Positions 38,540 through 50,652 of a DNA stretch of 64,000 nucleotides are shown here, piece after piece. The position numbers and the translations under genes are program-made. The stretch comes from Octopus sinensis (Eukaryota), in the NCBI RefSeq assembly GCF_006345805.1, contig NW_021833236.1:1-64000 (forward strand), read 5' to 3'. The notes beneath the pieces are model-generated. The model did no database searches, was not told where the DNA came from, and saw only the letters and a list, made by a program, of their open reading frames with translations. Every line of letters begins with the position of its first letter. The first letter of the stretch is position 1.

Positions 38540-39453
38540 TATATCGAGTGTGAGAATGCTGTCATTTTCTAATCTTTTCACCACGTAGAATCGTTGATAT
38601 TTTCGCGGATGCATAGTACAGGTGGTTGAGATCTGTAATATCAACATCATTAGCTGAAATTATATCCTTAAGCGCAAGGCGGATTTTACCAATTATTTTC
38701 AGATTTTGGTTACAATTGCGATTTTTTGGGGGAGTGTCACGTTCATTCATACTGGTTTCTTTAATTTTCAGTCATTCAATCATGATTTGATTTTTTAGAT
38801 CATCTAGTTCAGTTGGGCCAATTTCTGTGTAACTTATTCCATCTATTTGATTTTCATCTGCCTTATTGGTTATGGTTGGTTCAGAGAGTATTTCACTTTG
38901 CCTATCAATTACATTAACTCTTTCTATCGTTACTGCATTTTCATCAGACCTGAATTGGTCAATAATTATTTCCTCAATAGTATCTTCTTCAGCTGCAATT
39001 CCGTCCCTTTTATCCCTTACAGTCTCTAATTCAGTCAGTAATTTTTTTTTTTTTCATAATGTTTCTTCTGACGTTGGCAAGTTTGTTACTGTCTATGTAG
39101 GGTCTTACTTCAAGGTGCTTCTGTTTCCAGTTTAGGTAGGTTTGTGCAGTATTAGATTCATCTGTGGAGAAATATATGGCATGGTAGAAGGCCGTAAGAA
39201 CTTCCTTATTATTTTCCCTAGTCCATTTTTCATTCATTTTCTTTTGGTTATTTGATGACGGGCATGGATGGCCATCTGTTGGAATATTTCGGTTGTGGGG
39301 TACTTCCAGCTGATGTGTTTCGGGAAGATTTGAATCAGTAGCTGATTTTTAACACCTGGTCTGGTTCCTCACTGGAGTGCGCTGTCCTTCTTGGTTTGTG
39401 TTTTGCTTTATCATTGACGCATAACGAGCTTGGACTTTGACATTAAGGGACGG
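38540..39453 (-). mobile_element. R4/Dong-like LINE 5' end (5' UTR and N-terminal ORF region), 3'-truncated
   Basis: KWTRENNKEVLTAFY...KLANVRRNIMKKKKIT.ELE.V and DITDLNHLYYASA resemble the N-terminal (Myb-like and following) region of R4-clade ORFs. Begins right after (TAA)n. Confidence 0.65.
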
Positions 39454-39486
<33 letters not shown>

Positions 39487-39510
39487 TTTTTTTTTAGTTT
39501 TTTTTTTTTT

Positions 39511-40385
39511 AGTTTTATTTTTATAGCGTGCTTTCACTTCACTACCGAGCACAGCTCTGTGTGCCTTGGGTATGTGCTGTGATTTGTTGTGATGCTCTGA
39601 TGGTTATTGTATGGAAAGTGTTCTGCGTAGGATGTGTGCAGTGCCTAGTAGTGCAATTTTCTGTATGTTATATGTGTTTGTAAGTCCTGGTGTTTTTGTT
39701 ATGTATTTGTCTGAATATTTTTTTATCATGCCTAATGCACCTACTATGATAGGAATTGTTTCTGTTTTCAGATTCCACATTCTAGTTACCTCTATTTCCA
39801 GGTCTTTTTATTTTGAGAGTTTCTCCATTCTTTAGAGACACGTTGTCATCTGCCGGTATTGATACATCAATTAGAAAGCATGTTTTTTCTTCATGATCTC
39901 TGACAACTATATCTGGTCTGTTGGCCTTAATTTCTCTATCTGTGTGTATCGGCATATCCCAGAGTAGGTTGCTTTCTCGTTTTCTGTGACCTTTTCTGGT
40001 GTGTGCCTATACCATCTTTTTTCTGTTGTTATTCTATAATGTTGGCATAGCTTCCAGTGTATGTAGGTTCCAACTCTGTCATGTCTGTGAATATATTCCT
40101 TCTTAGCCAGGACTGGGCAGCCAGAGATAATATGATTTATTGTTTCTTGTCCATCTCCACATATTCTGCAGTTACTTGTTATATTTCTTTTCATTACATG
40201 CTTTTTGGTTAGGTCGCGGATTTTAGCGACTAAAATATTTTGACAAATTAAACTTAAATGTTGAAGTGAATCGAACGGCTTTTGTGTGTTTCTTAAATGG
40301 CTTATAAACACCTTCCACGCTGCAATTGTTTTCGTTTCAGCACAAGATCTCAGATCAAATTACTTACTATGCGAGTACATCTCCG
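39511..40385 (-). mobile_element. R4/Dong-like LINE 3' end carrying an unrelated ~170-bp 5' segment
   Basis: CRICGDGQETINHIISGC (CCHC knuckle), RHDRVG..IHW, ANRPDIVV.D..CFLIDVSIP (RLE), IPIIVGALG, LGTAHILRR, stop at 39604-39606, short 3' UTR. 40213-40385 is non-coding. Confidence 0.9.
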
Positions 40386-40387
40386 TA

Positions 40388-40459
<72 letters not shown>

Positions 40460-40637
40460 TTATTTTTCTTCTTCTTTCAAATTTGCTATCATTTCTTGCC
40501 GATTGTCTTCCCGACTCCTAGGGCAAAGAAACTCATAGTATACATTGGTAGGCCATTAAACCAAACTCAGTAGTTCGTTCATTTTTTTTTTTAAGTTAAA
40601 TTAAAATACATGAGCAGCAACAGTTCTCACATCGACA

Positions 40638-40638
<1 letters not shown>
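40460..40638 (-). mobile_element. R4/Dong-like 3' UTR-only copy
   Basis: Nearly identical to 57400-57590 and 59123-59300; (ATT)n on both sides. Confidence 0.88.
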
Positions 40639-40674
<36 letters not shown>

Positions 40675-40682
40675 TATTATTA

Positions 40683-40715
<33 letters not shown>

Positions 40716-41269
40716 GAGTGAGAGAGCAGTTCATGCCATCAAAGTGACACTGGGGTAAAATATACGAAGCCCAATATACCCATCATGACTACCCGTCTGA
40801 TAAAGGTACACCATGCACATGCATCACAACCATATGTGCGCGACATGGTGTTCTCATATCAAGATAAACAGCACATGACCTTGCAGGTGGGGCCCAGTTA
40901 GAATTTTCTTCAGGTTGAGTAGCCCATCCCGCTCAAAAGGTCTCTGAATAAGGGTTGTTTAAGGATGTTGAAAGAACCACCCATGTTTCCAGAGGTGAAT
41001 TATTCAAACCCCAAAGAATCCCTCTCAACACGTGGCTATGATGCTCCCCCACTACTTCTGCTCATGATCAGAGATGCACATATCGTCAGCCACTAAGGGA
41101 CAGTCTCAACTGGTTAAGGTTAAACAACTGACAAGCAAATCTGTGGTATTGAGCAGAATATTTGTTGTAACCCATCTTTTATACCAAGACAAAACAATGT
41201 ACATGATAACACTTCCAATCAGTTAAGATCAGAAGCCATGAGAGCCACTACCTGGTACTGCATCTGGGC

Positions 41270-41270
<1 letters not shown>
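40716..41270. mobile_element. 555-bp non-coding, complex-sequence insert between two (ATT)n tracts; putative non-autonomous element
   Basis: Sharp boundaries with (ATT)n on both sides. No listed ORF, TIR or tRNA head found by eye. Confidence 0.55.
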
Positions 41271-41310
<40 letters not shown>

Positions 41311-41340
41311 CGTCATCATTATTATTATTATTATTATTAT

Positions 41341-42010
41341 TCTATGTTTGACTTTTGCTTTATATTTGTACAAGTTGGCTCCAAGTCTCACCCAGAGACC
41401 TCAAGAGACAACAGGGTTGGAAGTTCATGTTGTTGTTATGCCTAGTGTGCCATATATTTGGGGGGTGGGGATGTTGTACTAATGAATGTCTAAAAAAAAA
41501 AAAAAAAAAGTTTTTTTTTTTTTTTTTTTTTAAACCGAAAATTATGGTTGTTTTAAACCTTGAGGTTACATAGAGAGTATTTTGCGTAGGATATGAGCAG
41601 TTCCCATGAGCACTATCTTTTGAACTTCTGCCATTTTTGGGTTTCCTGGTATCTTAGTTAGGTAGCTATCAGCCCCTTTTGCTATCATTCCCAGGGCACC
41701 TATGACAACAGGTATTGTTTTAGTCTTCAGCTTCCACATTTTGCTGATTTCTATTTCAAGATCTTTATATTTGCTCAGTTTTTGGTAGGTCCTGACAGAT
41801 ACGTTTATATCGATTGGGACAGTCATATCAATGAGGAGGCATGTTCTTTGTTTGAAGTCTTTCAATATGATGTCTGGCCTATTTGCATCTATCTTCCTGT
41901 CAGTTTGAATGGTGAAGTTCCAGAGGAGTGAGATGTGGTCATTTTCAAGCACTGGGGGTGGTTTGTGTTCCCACCAGTTTTTTTCATGGAGCAAATCCAG
42001 GTTTTTACAG
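41341..42010 (-). mobile_element. R4/Dong-like LINE 3' end, second subfamily
   Basis: ORF 41566-41994: LLWNFTIQTDRKIDANRPDIILKD..CLLIDMTVP..KLSKYKDLEIEI..IPVVIGALG; distinct 3' UTR; (ATT)n flanks. Confidence 0.92.
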
Positions 42011-42035
42011 ATTATTATTATTATTATTATTATTA

Positions 42036-42086
<51 letters not shown>

Positions 42087-42106
42087 TATTATTATTATTA
42101 TTATTA

Positions 42107-42138
<32 letters not shown>

Positions 42139-42146
42139 TATTATTT

Positions 42147-42188
<42 letters not shown>

Positions 42189-42260
42189 TATTATTATTAT
42201 TATTATTATTATTTTCATTATTATTATTATTATTACTATTATTATTATTATTATTATTAT

Positions 42261-43417
42261 AGACGTCGTACAGTATACAATATCATGAGGTTGTTGATTG
42301 AAGATATTGGGTCTATTGAGGGTTTGCACTGTTTGTCAAGTCACAACAAGGACCTCAGACAGAGAGTACCTTACGCAATATGCATTCAATTCCAAGTAAT
42401 GCCAACTTCTGCAATATACCTAGATAGTAGGGTATTTCTAAAGTTTTCAGGTGTTTTTTCAGATTCGATGGTATTGAACCCAATACTCCGATGACAATAG
42501 GGACAACCTTTATGTTCGACTCTTGTACCTGCCACATCTTAGCAATCTCAATTCTCAGCTTTCCATATTTATCAACTTATTCTCTTTCTTTCATGATGGT
42601 ATGTTGATCTTCTTGTACTGCCACGGCAATTATTAGGCACCGTTGTTTGTCCTTCCTAACGGTTACTATGTCTGGCCTTCGGTGTTCTAATACTTTGTCT
42701 TCTGGAAATCAAATCCCCAGAAGAATTTTTGCCTTCCCTTTTTCGTCCATTACCTTTTCCGGTGTATGTTGGTACCAAGCACTCGTAACCTCATATCTAT
42801 ACTTACGGCTTAGTAGCCAGAGGAGGTTTGGGGCTACTTTGTCGTTTCTACGCTTGTCCTCTTTCTGCGCAAGACCTTCACAAACAATAACAATGTGAGT
42901 TACACTTTCAACCCTCTTCCCACACATTCTGCAGAGGTCCAAAGCACTTGTGTGGTATATATTCTTTTTCACCAAGTTGGTATGATTTGAGGGCCACAAC
43001 GATTAGGCTTTCAGTATTCTTTTTTAGGTCACTCTTCTGGAGCCACCTCCATGGTGCTTCCTGTTCTTTTATTTTGTTGGTTTCACAGTGGAACTGACCA
43101 TGTAATTCCATACGGAGTACAGTTTCTCCTCTCTCGTTGGCTGTTCTTGGTCGGAATTCATGATTACCCTCAAGTCCACTTTGTTGACCCCTTCTGCACT
43201 AGCAGCATATTGTAGCAAGTCTCGTTTGCTGTTCACTGAATATTCTGCCATAGGCGCAGGAGTGGCTGTGTGGTAAGTAGCTTGCTAACCAACCACATGG
43301 TTCCGGGTTCAGTCCCACTGCGTGGCATCTTAGGCAAGTGTCTTCTGCTATAGCCTCGGGCCGACCAAAAACTTGTGAGTGGATTTGGTAGACAGAAACT
43401 GAAAGAAGCCTGTCGTA

Positions 43418-43491
<74 letters not shown>

Positions 43492-44009
43492 TGTGTTAGT
43501 CCCCCTAGCATTGCTTGACAACCGATGCTGGTGTGTTTACGTCCCCGTCACTTAGCGGTTCGGCAAAAAGAGACCGATAGAATAAGTACTGGGCTTACAA
43601 AGAATAAGTCCCGGGGTCGAGTTGCTCGACTAAAGGCTGTGCTCCAGCATGGCCGCACTCAAATGACTGAAACAAGTAAAAGAGTAAAAGAGTAAAGAGA
43701 GTTCCTTCTTTCACAGTTGATGCACTCCCGTATGCTAATCAGCCCACATCCACCTTCACCCCTCTTCATGTAGAGCCTGTGTACATTCGCCTTATGGTGG
43801 AAGGCACATTACATTGTCATTGTCTTTCGGGTAGTTCAATCGAGTTGGTTAATCTCCGTTTGTATCCGTTTCAGGATGGGTGCACTATAGCGGATTACAG
43901 TAACCACCCATATGTTGATGGCAGTCACAAAGTTCCTTGAGCTGAGTTTTGATTTCAAGAGAAGTTTAAGACACTTGAAATATGCAGTGGTGACCTTGTC
44001 TTTCCTTTT
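42261..44009 (-). mobile_element. R4/Dong-like LINE 3' part, third subfamily, interrupted by a SINE
   Basis: RT tail (LKLLLKSKLSSRN..AINIW; H.KANVHRLY), CRMCGKRVESVTHIV.VC, HRRPDIV, VPIVIGVLGSI; decayed; (ATT)n flanks. Confidence 0.88.
43252..43698 (+). mobile_element. SINE type A, full length, inserted in a Dong-like LINE
   Basis: Complete head, CORE-like box, internal (TA)n(TG)n, (GTAAAAGA)n tail. Confidence 0.95.
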
Positions 44010-44026
44010 ATTATTATTATTATTAT

Positions 44027-44769
44027 GTTTTTTCCTTCTTTCTTCAAATTTTCTTCCGTTTCTCGTCGAGTGTTTTCCATACACCTAGGGCAGAGAAGCT
44101 CATTGTATGCATTCCCAGATTACACGCGCAAATTCACAGATAAAATATGTATTTAAAAATTAATAAATAAATAAATTCATGGATATATTTTCTTTTCACA
44201 GCGATAATGCTCTTCTCAGTGCATGAGCCATTCCAGTTAATACGATTTTTTGCACTTCCTGTAGGGATGGGAAGTCTGGAATCATTCGAATACGTTTCAG
44301 TACCCTTTTTTATCATTCCTTGAGATCCTACAATCACTGGTACTGTAGTCGCCTTGTGATGCCACATTTTTTTCAATTTCTATTAGCAAGTCTTTATATT
44401 TACTGATCTTGTCAAATTCTTTCGCTGCAATATTGTGATCGCAAGGGATACTCATGTCAATTAATAAACACACTTTTTTTGTCTGATCTTTTATAATAAT
44501 ATCCAGTTTATTAGCTTTTATAGTCCTGTCGGTCTGCATAGGGAAGTCCCATAGAATCGACACATTTTCTCCCTCAGTCACAGCTTCAGGATGGTGTTTA
44601 TACCATTTGTCAGCGGTTTTGATTTTATAATGCCAACATATTGACCAATGTAAATATTGGCCGACAGTCATTTCTTGCTTTATATTCTACAGGTGCTAAG
44701 ACTCGACACCCTGAGATCAAGTGGTCTATTGTTTCAATCTCATCGTTACAGAATCGGCATTTTGGGTCT
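44027..44769 (-). mobile_element. R4/Dong-like LINE 3' end, related to 56519-57590
   Basis: DPKCRFCNDEIETIDHLISGC, ILWDFPMQTDRTIKANKLDII.KD..CLLIDMSIP; (ATT)n flanks. Confidence 0.92.
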
Positions 44770-44878
44770 ATTATTATTATTATTATTGTTATTATTAGTA
44801 TTATTATCATCATCATCATCATCATCATCATTATTATTATTATTATTATTATTGTGGTTGTTGTTGTTGTTATTATTA

Positions 44879-44920
<42 letters not shown>

Positions 44921-44944
44921 TATTATTATTATTACTATTATGAC

Positions 44945-45085
44945 CACAAATTCTGCCGGGGTTGACTTTGCTTTTCATCCCTTAGGGGGTCGATAAAATA
45001 AGTACCAGTGAAACACTAGGGTCAATGCAATCGACTAGTCCCTTCCCTCCAAATTTCAGACCTTATGCCTCTAGTAGATAGGACT
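44945..45085 (+). mobile_element. SINE type B 3' part
   Basis: AATTCTGCCGGGGTTGACTTTGCTTTTCATCCC...GTCGATAAAATAAGTACCAGT...GCAATCGACTAG. Confidence 0.8.
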
Positions 45086-45119
45086 GCTATTATTATCATT
45101 ATCATTATTATTTACAGTG

Positions 45120-45516
45120 TATTCCGATGATGATGATGATGATAGCGATGATGGCGATGATGACGATGATGACGATGATGATGATGATGATGATGATGAG
45201 GAGGAGGAGGAGGAGGAGGAGGATGATAGCGATGATGATGATGATGATGATGATGATGATAGTGATGATGGCGATGATGACGATGATGATGATGATGATG
45301 ATGATGACGATGATGATGGTGATGATGGCGATGATGACGATGATGATGATGATGATGACGATGATGACGATAGTGATGATGATGACGATGATGATGATGA
45401 TGGTGATGATGACGCTGATGATGACAACGATGACGATGGTGACGGTGCAACGTCATCGCTTCAACCAGTTTTATAGCCTTTAGTTAAGTAAGCTGCAACA
45501 AGAGCTGCACCATTTA

Positions 45517-45572
<56 letters not shown>

Positions 45573-45618
45573 TTACTACTACTGCTGCTGCTACTACCAC
45601 TACCACTACTACTACAAC

Positions 45619-45673
<55 letters not shown>

Positions 45674-45740
45674 GCTACTGCCACTGCTACGGCTGCTACT
45701 GCTGCTGCTGCCACTACTACTAATACTACTAGTGTTAGTG
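45120..45740. repeat. Long cryptic (GAT/GAC/GAG)n array (45120-45445) and (TAC/TGC)n array (45515-45740)
   Basis: Directly visible triplet arrays; they generate the poly-D/H/S/M/V ORFs in the track. Confidence 0.95.
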
Positions 45741-46254
45741 TTAAGGACAATAATTGTTGTTGTTGTCGTTGTTCATGTAATTGCTGTTGATGGTGTTTTC
45801 CTGTAGATATCTTATCAGGACTCTCTGTAGTGTTGGCCCTTACACAGGGTTTCTGTTGCATTAAAAACAACAAAGAAAAGCCTTTGTGATTTGATCAGCC
45901 CCCGGGATTGGGGCAAAAGTAAGGCCTGACTCACTGCTTTGCCAATTTGAACTTTATATGATGGTGATAGGTTTGTCTGTGTTGTTGTTGTTGTTGTTGT
46001 TGTTGCTGTTGTTGTTGCTGTTGTTCTTCGTGTGTACAATAACCACATCAGCTAAGTCGTAACTCAACGACTTGTCACACGATTTTATGACTGATGCCGA
46101 GATACGGCCAGTCAATAAAACATTTAGTAGACACAATGGTATGTTCGGAAAAACGATGATACCATGCATAAACCAATATACATACTTACATACATGCATG
46201 TATACATACATACATACATACATACATGTACATATATACATACACATATGTATG

Positions 46255-46312
<58 letters not shown>

Positions 46313-46324
46313 TAATATATATAT

Positions 46325-46362
<38 letters not shown>

Positions 46363-46444
46363 AGAATTAAAATGGAGGACAAGAGATGGAACGAACCGAC
46401 GAATCGAAAACGAATATATATACATATATATATATATATATACA

Positions 46445-46522
<78 letters not shown>

Positions 46523-47154
46523 CATACAGAGAGACAGAGAAAGGCAGACAGACAGACAGACACAGAGAGACAGAGATAGGTAGGTGGATAGATGGATATA
46601 TATGGCTGAAACAAGTAAAAGAATAAAAGAATATGCACACACATAACCATATAGACTATTATATATATGCATGTATAAACATATATGTATATACGTGTGT
46701 GTGTGTACACATATATACTGAGAGAGAGAGAAATGAAGTAGATAGATAGATAGATAAATAGATAAATAGATGGATAGATAGATAGGTAGATTAATAGAGA
46801 TACATTCGTATGTACATAGATATGTATAAACATACATACATATGTACACACGTACACACAGTTGCAGAAACGCTGCTATAAACTTATCGGAACATACATA
46901 AAAATTCATGAGTATATACGTGTGTGCATGTGTATATGTGTCTCTCCATATTTGTTTGCGTGTAGGTATACAATCATTCATATGTACACATTCTAATAAC
47001 ATGCAGCCGCCATTCATACAAATTGTTATGAACGCTTGCGTGTGAAATTCTGTATATTGATAAGGACGAGATAGAGAAAATCTATTCCTCAGATGTTCTT
47101 CTCTGTCTGTCTCACTGCTTGCTGCTCCATCAATCCATACATCTATCTAGCTAT

Positions 47155-47224
<70 letters not shown>

Positions 47225-47383
47225 AGGTTGTCTAGATGTCTCTGCATCTATTTTATTTACATCTAACTATATTGATAAATGGATAGATAGTTAGATATAC
47301 ATATACATATATACATACATGCATGCATACATACATACATATATATATATATACAAAAGTACACGCGTAGATTGTATATGTGC

Positions 47384-47415
<32 letters not shown>

Positions 47416-47516
47416 ATTTATTTATTTATTTATATATCAGCCTCTGTATGTGTGTCTAACTTTAAGAATATTTCTGCTCATCTGTCTGTCAATCCATCTG
47501 TCAATTATGTAAGTAC

Positions 47517-47584
<68 letters not shown>

Positions 47585-47633
47585 AAAGATAAAGAGAGAG
47601 ATATAAATAGAGTGATAGATAGACAGATGTGTG

Positions 47634-47691
<58 letters not shown>

Positions 47692-48287
47692 AGTGTGTGT
47701 GCGTATGCACAGAAACGACACAGAGACGTTAACATGATATACGATAAACAAATATATTTGAAAAACTGTAACAATTATTTTTAACCAAGATGAGCAAGAA
47801 TGGCAAGAGTAAAAGAGAATGTTTCTGATTTCGGCACAAGGCCAGCACGCTGGAGAGGTGGGCGGTCGTACTCGGTTTGTGCTTTATTTTATCGATTCAT
47901 GAATAATAATAGATTTTATTAGCCACAAGGGCAAAGCCTATGAAATTAAACATTACAATGGATACGCGAAGACGAGGAGCCTGATAAACAATTCTCTGTA
48001 ATATATATACAATTATAAACATATAAATCTATATAATGAAAGCTATATAAAATTGTACTAAACGATAGATTTGCATCTGTGTATATGTATGCGTAGAAAT
48101 ATGTATGTGAATGGGATGTTCTATGGTTATATATGCGTGTGTATAAAAGTACATGCGTAGTTATATGTGTTTGTGCATATATGATTGTGTAGCTGCTTGT
48201 TTTCTTATTCTGTATATGTCTGTGTATATGACTGTATGTGTGTGTGTGTGAGTATATGTAACCGTACGTCTTAATATATACACGAGC

Positions 48288-48668
48288 GTGGAGGCGCAAT
48301 TGCCCAGTGGTTAGGGCAGCGGACTCGCGGTCGTAGGATCGCGGTTTCGATTCCCAGACCGGGCATTGTGAGTGTTTATTGAGTGAAAACACCTAAAAGC
48401 TTCACAAGGCTCCTGCAGGGGGTGGTGGTGAACCCTGCTGTACTCTTTCACCGCAACTCTCTCTCACTCTTTCTTCCTGTTTCTGTTGTACCTGTATTTC
48501 AAAGGGGCCAGTCTTGTCACACTCTGTGTCACGCTGAACCTCCCTGAGAACTACGTTAAGGATACACGTGTCTGTGGAATGCTCAGCCACTTGCACGTTA
48601 ATTCCACGAGCAAGCTGTTCCGTTGATCGTATCAGCTGGGACCCTCATCGTCGTAACCGACGGAGTGC
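48288..48668 (+). mobile_element. SINE type C, full length
   Basis: A box TTGCCCAGTGGTTAGG, B box GGTTTCGATTCCC; collinear with 58589-58961. Confidence 0.93.
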
Positions 48669-48941
48669 TCCTATATACTATATACACAAGCATATGTATG
48701 TACTTATGAGTGCGTGTGTACGGATATTTATGTATGTGTGCATATGTGTGTATTCTGTAGCCATACGGTAAGAAGATTGCTTCGCAAACAAATGGTTCCG
48801 GGTTCAGCTCGTCCGCGCCGCACCTTGGCCAAGCATCCTCTACACACTCTCACATACTCATATATATATATATACATTTTTGTTTCGTAATAAGATAAAA
48901 AACCAAGGCTGTGTAGATATTAGAACATTTATAGATAGAAG

Positions 48942-48993
48942 GTCTTACAGCTGTTTCCAGGATATTTATTAATAATATCCCTTCATTGGAGAC
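48942..48993 (-). ncRNA. Degenerate minimal hammerhead-like motif (Penelope-type)
   Basis: Minus strand GUCU-CCAAUGA(damaged core)-..GGAUAU(loop)AUAUCC..-GAAAC-AGCU-GU-A-AGAC; palindromic stem III ACAGCUGU. Confidence 0.45.
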
Positions 48994-49375
48994 AGTGTGA
49001 GAGGATAATTAAGTAATAGTTAATTTAGATATGATACAAAATAGAGAGTGAGGTGGAGGAAAGAAAATAGATGTGAGATATGTAAGGGTATTGAAGTTGT
49101 AAATCCATTTTTTTGGCAAAATGGTATACATGTAAGATTCCAATATGTTATGAGTAAAATCCAACAGTATATAAAATTGGTCAACCAGTGCTTAACACAA
49201 CAAATCTCATACAAACCTTTACATTTTATTTTTGACAATCTTTTTATAAAAAAGTGAAAACGGTCAAGTGAATAAACATCTTTTAAAATTGCATTTTCAA
49301 ACCCTCTTTCATATATATTTCCACTCGTGCGGTATCTTACAACTTTACTTTGTTATATATATATATATATATATA

Positions 49376-49419
<44 letters not shown>

Positions 49420-49431
49420 GTGTGTGTACGC

Positions 49432-49465
<34 letters not shown>

Positions 49466-49515
49466 ATGTATGTATGTATGTATGTAGTATGTATGTATGT
49501 ATGTATGTATCTATC

Positions 49516-49587
<72 letters not shown>

Positions 49588-49964
49588 AATCTAGATTTGT
49601 TTTAGCACTGAAGAGAGTATAGATTTGGGCTGGTAGTTCCCAACATTTTTAGTTGCTCAATCGATTGATTGATACGATTCAACCATGAATGCACCCAACC
49701 GCTTATCTGGAATAGTTGTAAACCTAGAAATAAATGTATATAACCCACTATTTCTGTCCATTTTATGTGTCACTCTGTAAAAGTATAGCATAATAAATGA
49801 GTATTGGAACCATGGATTTCCAAATTTGTTTGGAGATGGCCTTGGATTTGGATGACCAGGAATACGATTCTGATCCCACAACTTTTTTGTTAGCCTGGTT
49901 TATCTTTATCTAATGAAGGCTTAACATGTGTTTCGCCTGGATTACTAATCCTTTATCAATCCTT

Positions 49965-50322
49965 CTTTGTATTTATTCCTTTGTTATCCACAGGGGGCTA
50001 AACATAGAGGGGTCAAGCAAGGACAGACAAAAAGATTAAGTCGATTACATCGATTTAATTTCTTCATTGCAAATGGTCCTGCTCTTTTTTTAAATGTTAT
50101 CCCGAAAGAAATTAAAGTAGAAAAAGACCCCCACAACTTTCGAACGGTACCTGGACAAATTCCTCCAGGAAATACCGGATAAACCACCAACACCTGGATA
50201 CGTCTCATCCAACAGCAACTCTTTGCTTGTGTGGTCCATGATGTCCCGAAATAATTAACTAGTACTGAACTCGGAACCGTCCTGGTTGGTTAGGAAGCTA
50301 CTTACCGCACATTCACTCCTAT
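49965..50322. mobile_element. Mosaic: SINE B linker (-), CR1-like LINE 3' fragment (+, ~50055-50260), SINE A head (-)
   Basis: NGPALFLNVIPKEI..LDKFLQEIPDKPPTPGY parallels 5200-5320; flanks match SINE B and SINE A pieces. Confidence 0.7.
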
Positions 50323-50401
50323 ATACCTTTTATAAACAATTTACAATTTACAATTGTACTTTGGGAAGAATTCTTTTACCTTCTCTCAAATATCTTTACA
50401 T

Positions 50402-50652
50402 ACCCAAAACGAATATTTACGAGAATAGTGATCCCAAACCAACCAAGCCCCAATTATTGATGATATCGTAAGAGATAATATTGCAAAACGAACACGTGTT
50501 AACATGTATTGGACGTTCATTATTTGTGTGTATGCAACTATTGTCATTCCTAAACAACAAATTAGAATGTGACTCAACCGCACGTGGTTATGAAATAACT
50601 GGAAGTATTCCACTAGAGTGGATTGCAAAATGTGCGCCATAAAACCTGGCAT
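50402..50652 (-). other. Hydrophobic 88-codon ORF, possible exon of a membrane protein
   Basis: Two hydrophobic stretches (ILICCLGMTIVAY; FAILSLTISSIIGAWLVW) in non-repetitive DNA, with donor TGG|GTATGT near the end. No family recognised. Confidence 0.25.

Noticed and set aside
40716-41270. snRNA, 5S or rRNA origin of the 555-bp element
   Set aside because: No match by eye to U1, U2 or 5S sequences as I recall them.
43252-43330. tRNA genes at SINE heads (also 48288, 52505, 58589)
   Set aside because: A and B boxes are present, but I found no complete cloverleaf, and each runs into a SINE body.
38540-44769. CRISPR-like repeat-spacer array
   Set aside because: The repeats are variable-length microsatellites and the spacers are LINE fragments of 180-1750 bp; the context is eukaryotic and there are no cas genes.
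45071-45483. Poly-Asp, poly-His, poly-Ser and poly-Met ORFs as biomineral or metal-binding proteins
   Set aside because: They overlap in several frames on both strands, with no signal peptide or splice context; a simple triplet array explains them.
50386-50652. SLC6 transporter or GPCR identity for the hydrophobic ORF
   Set aside because: Only vague hydrophobic-pattern similarity, no diagnostic motif, and the neighbouring segment would be in the wrong order.
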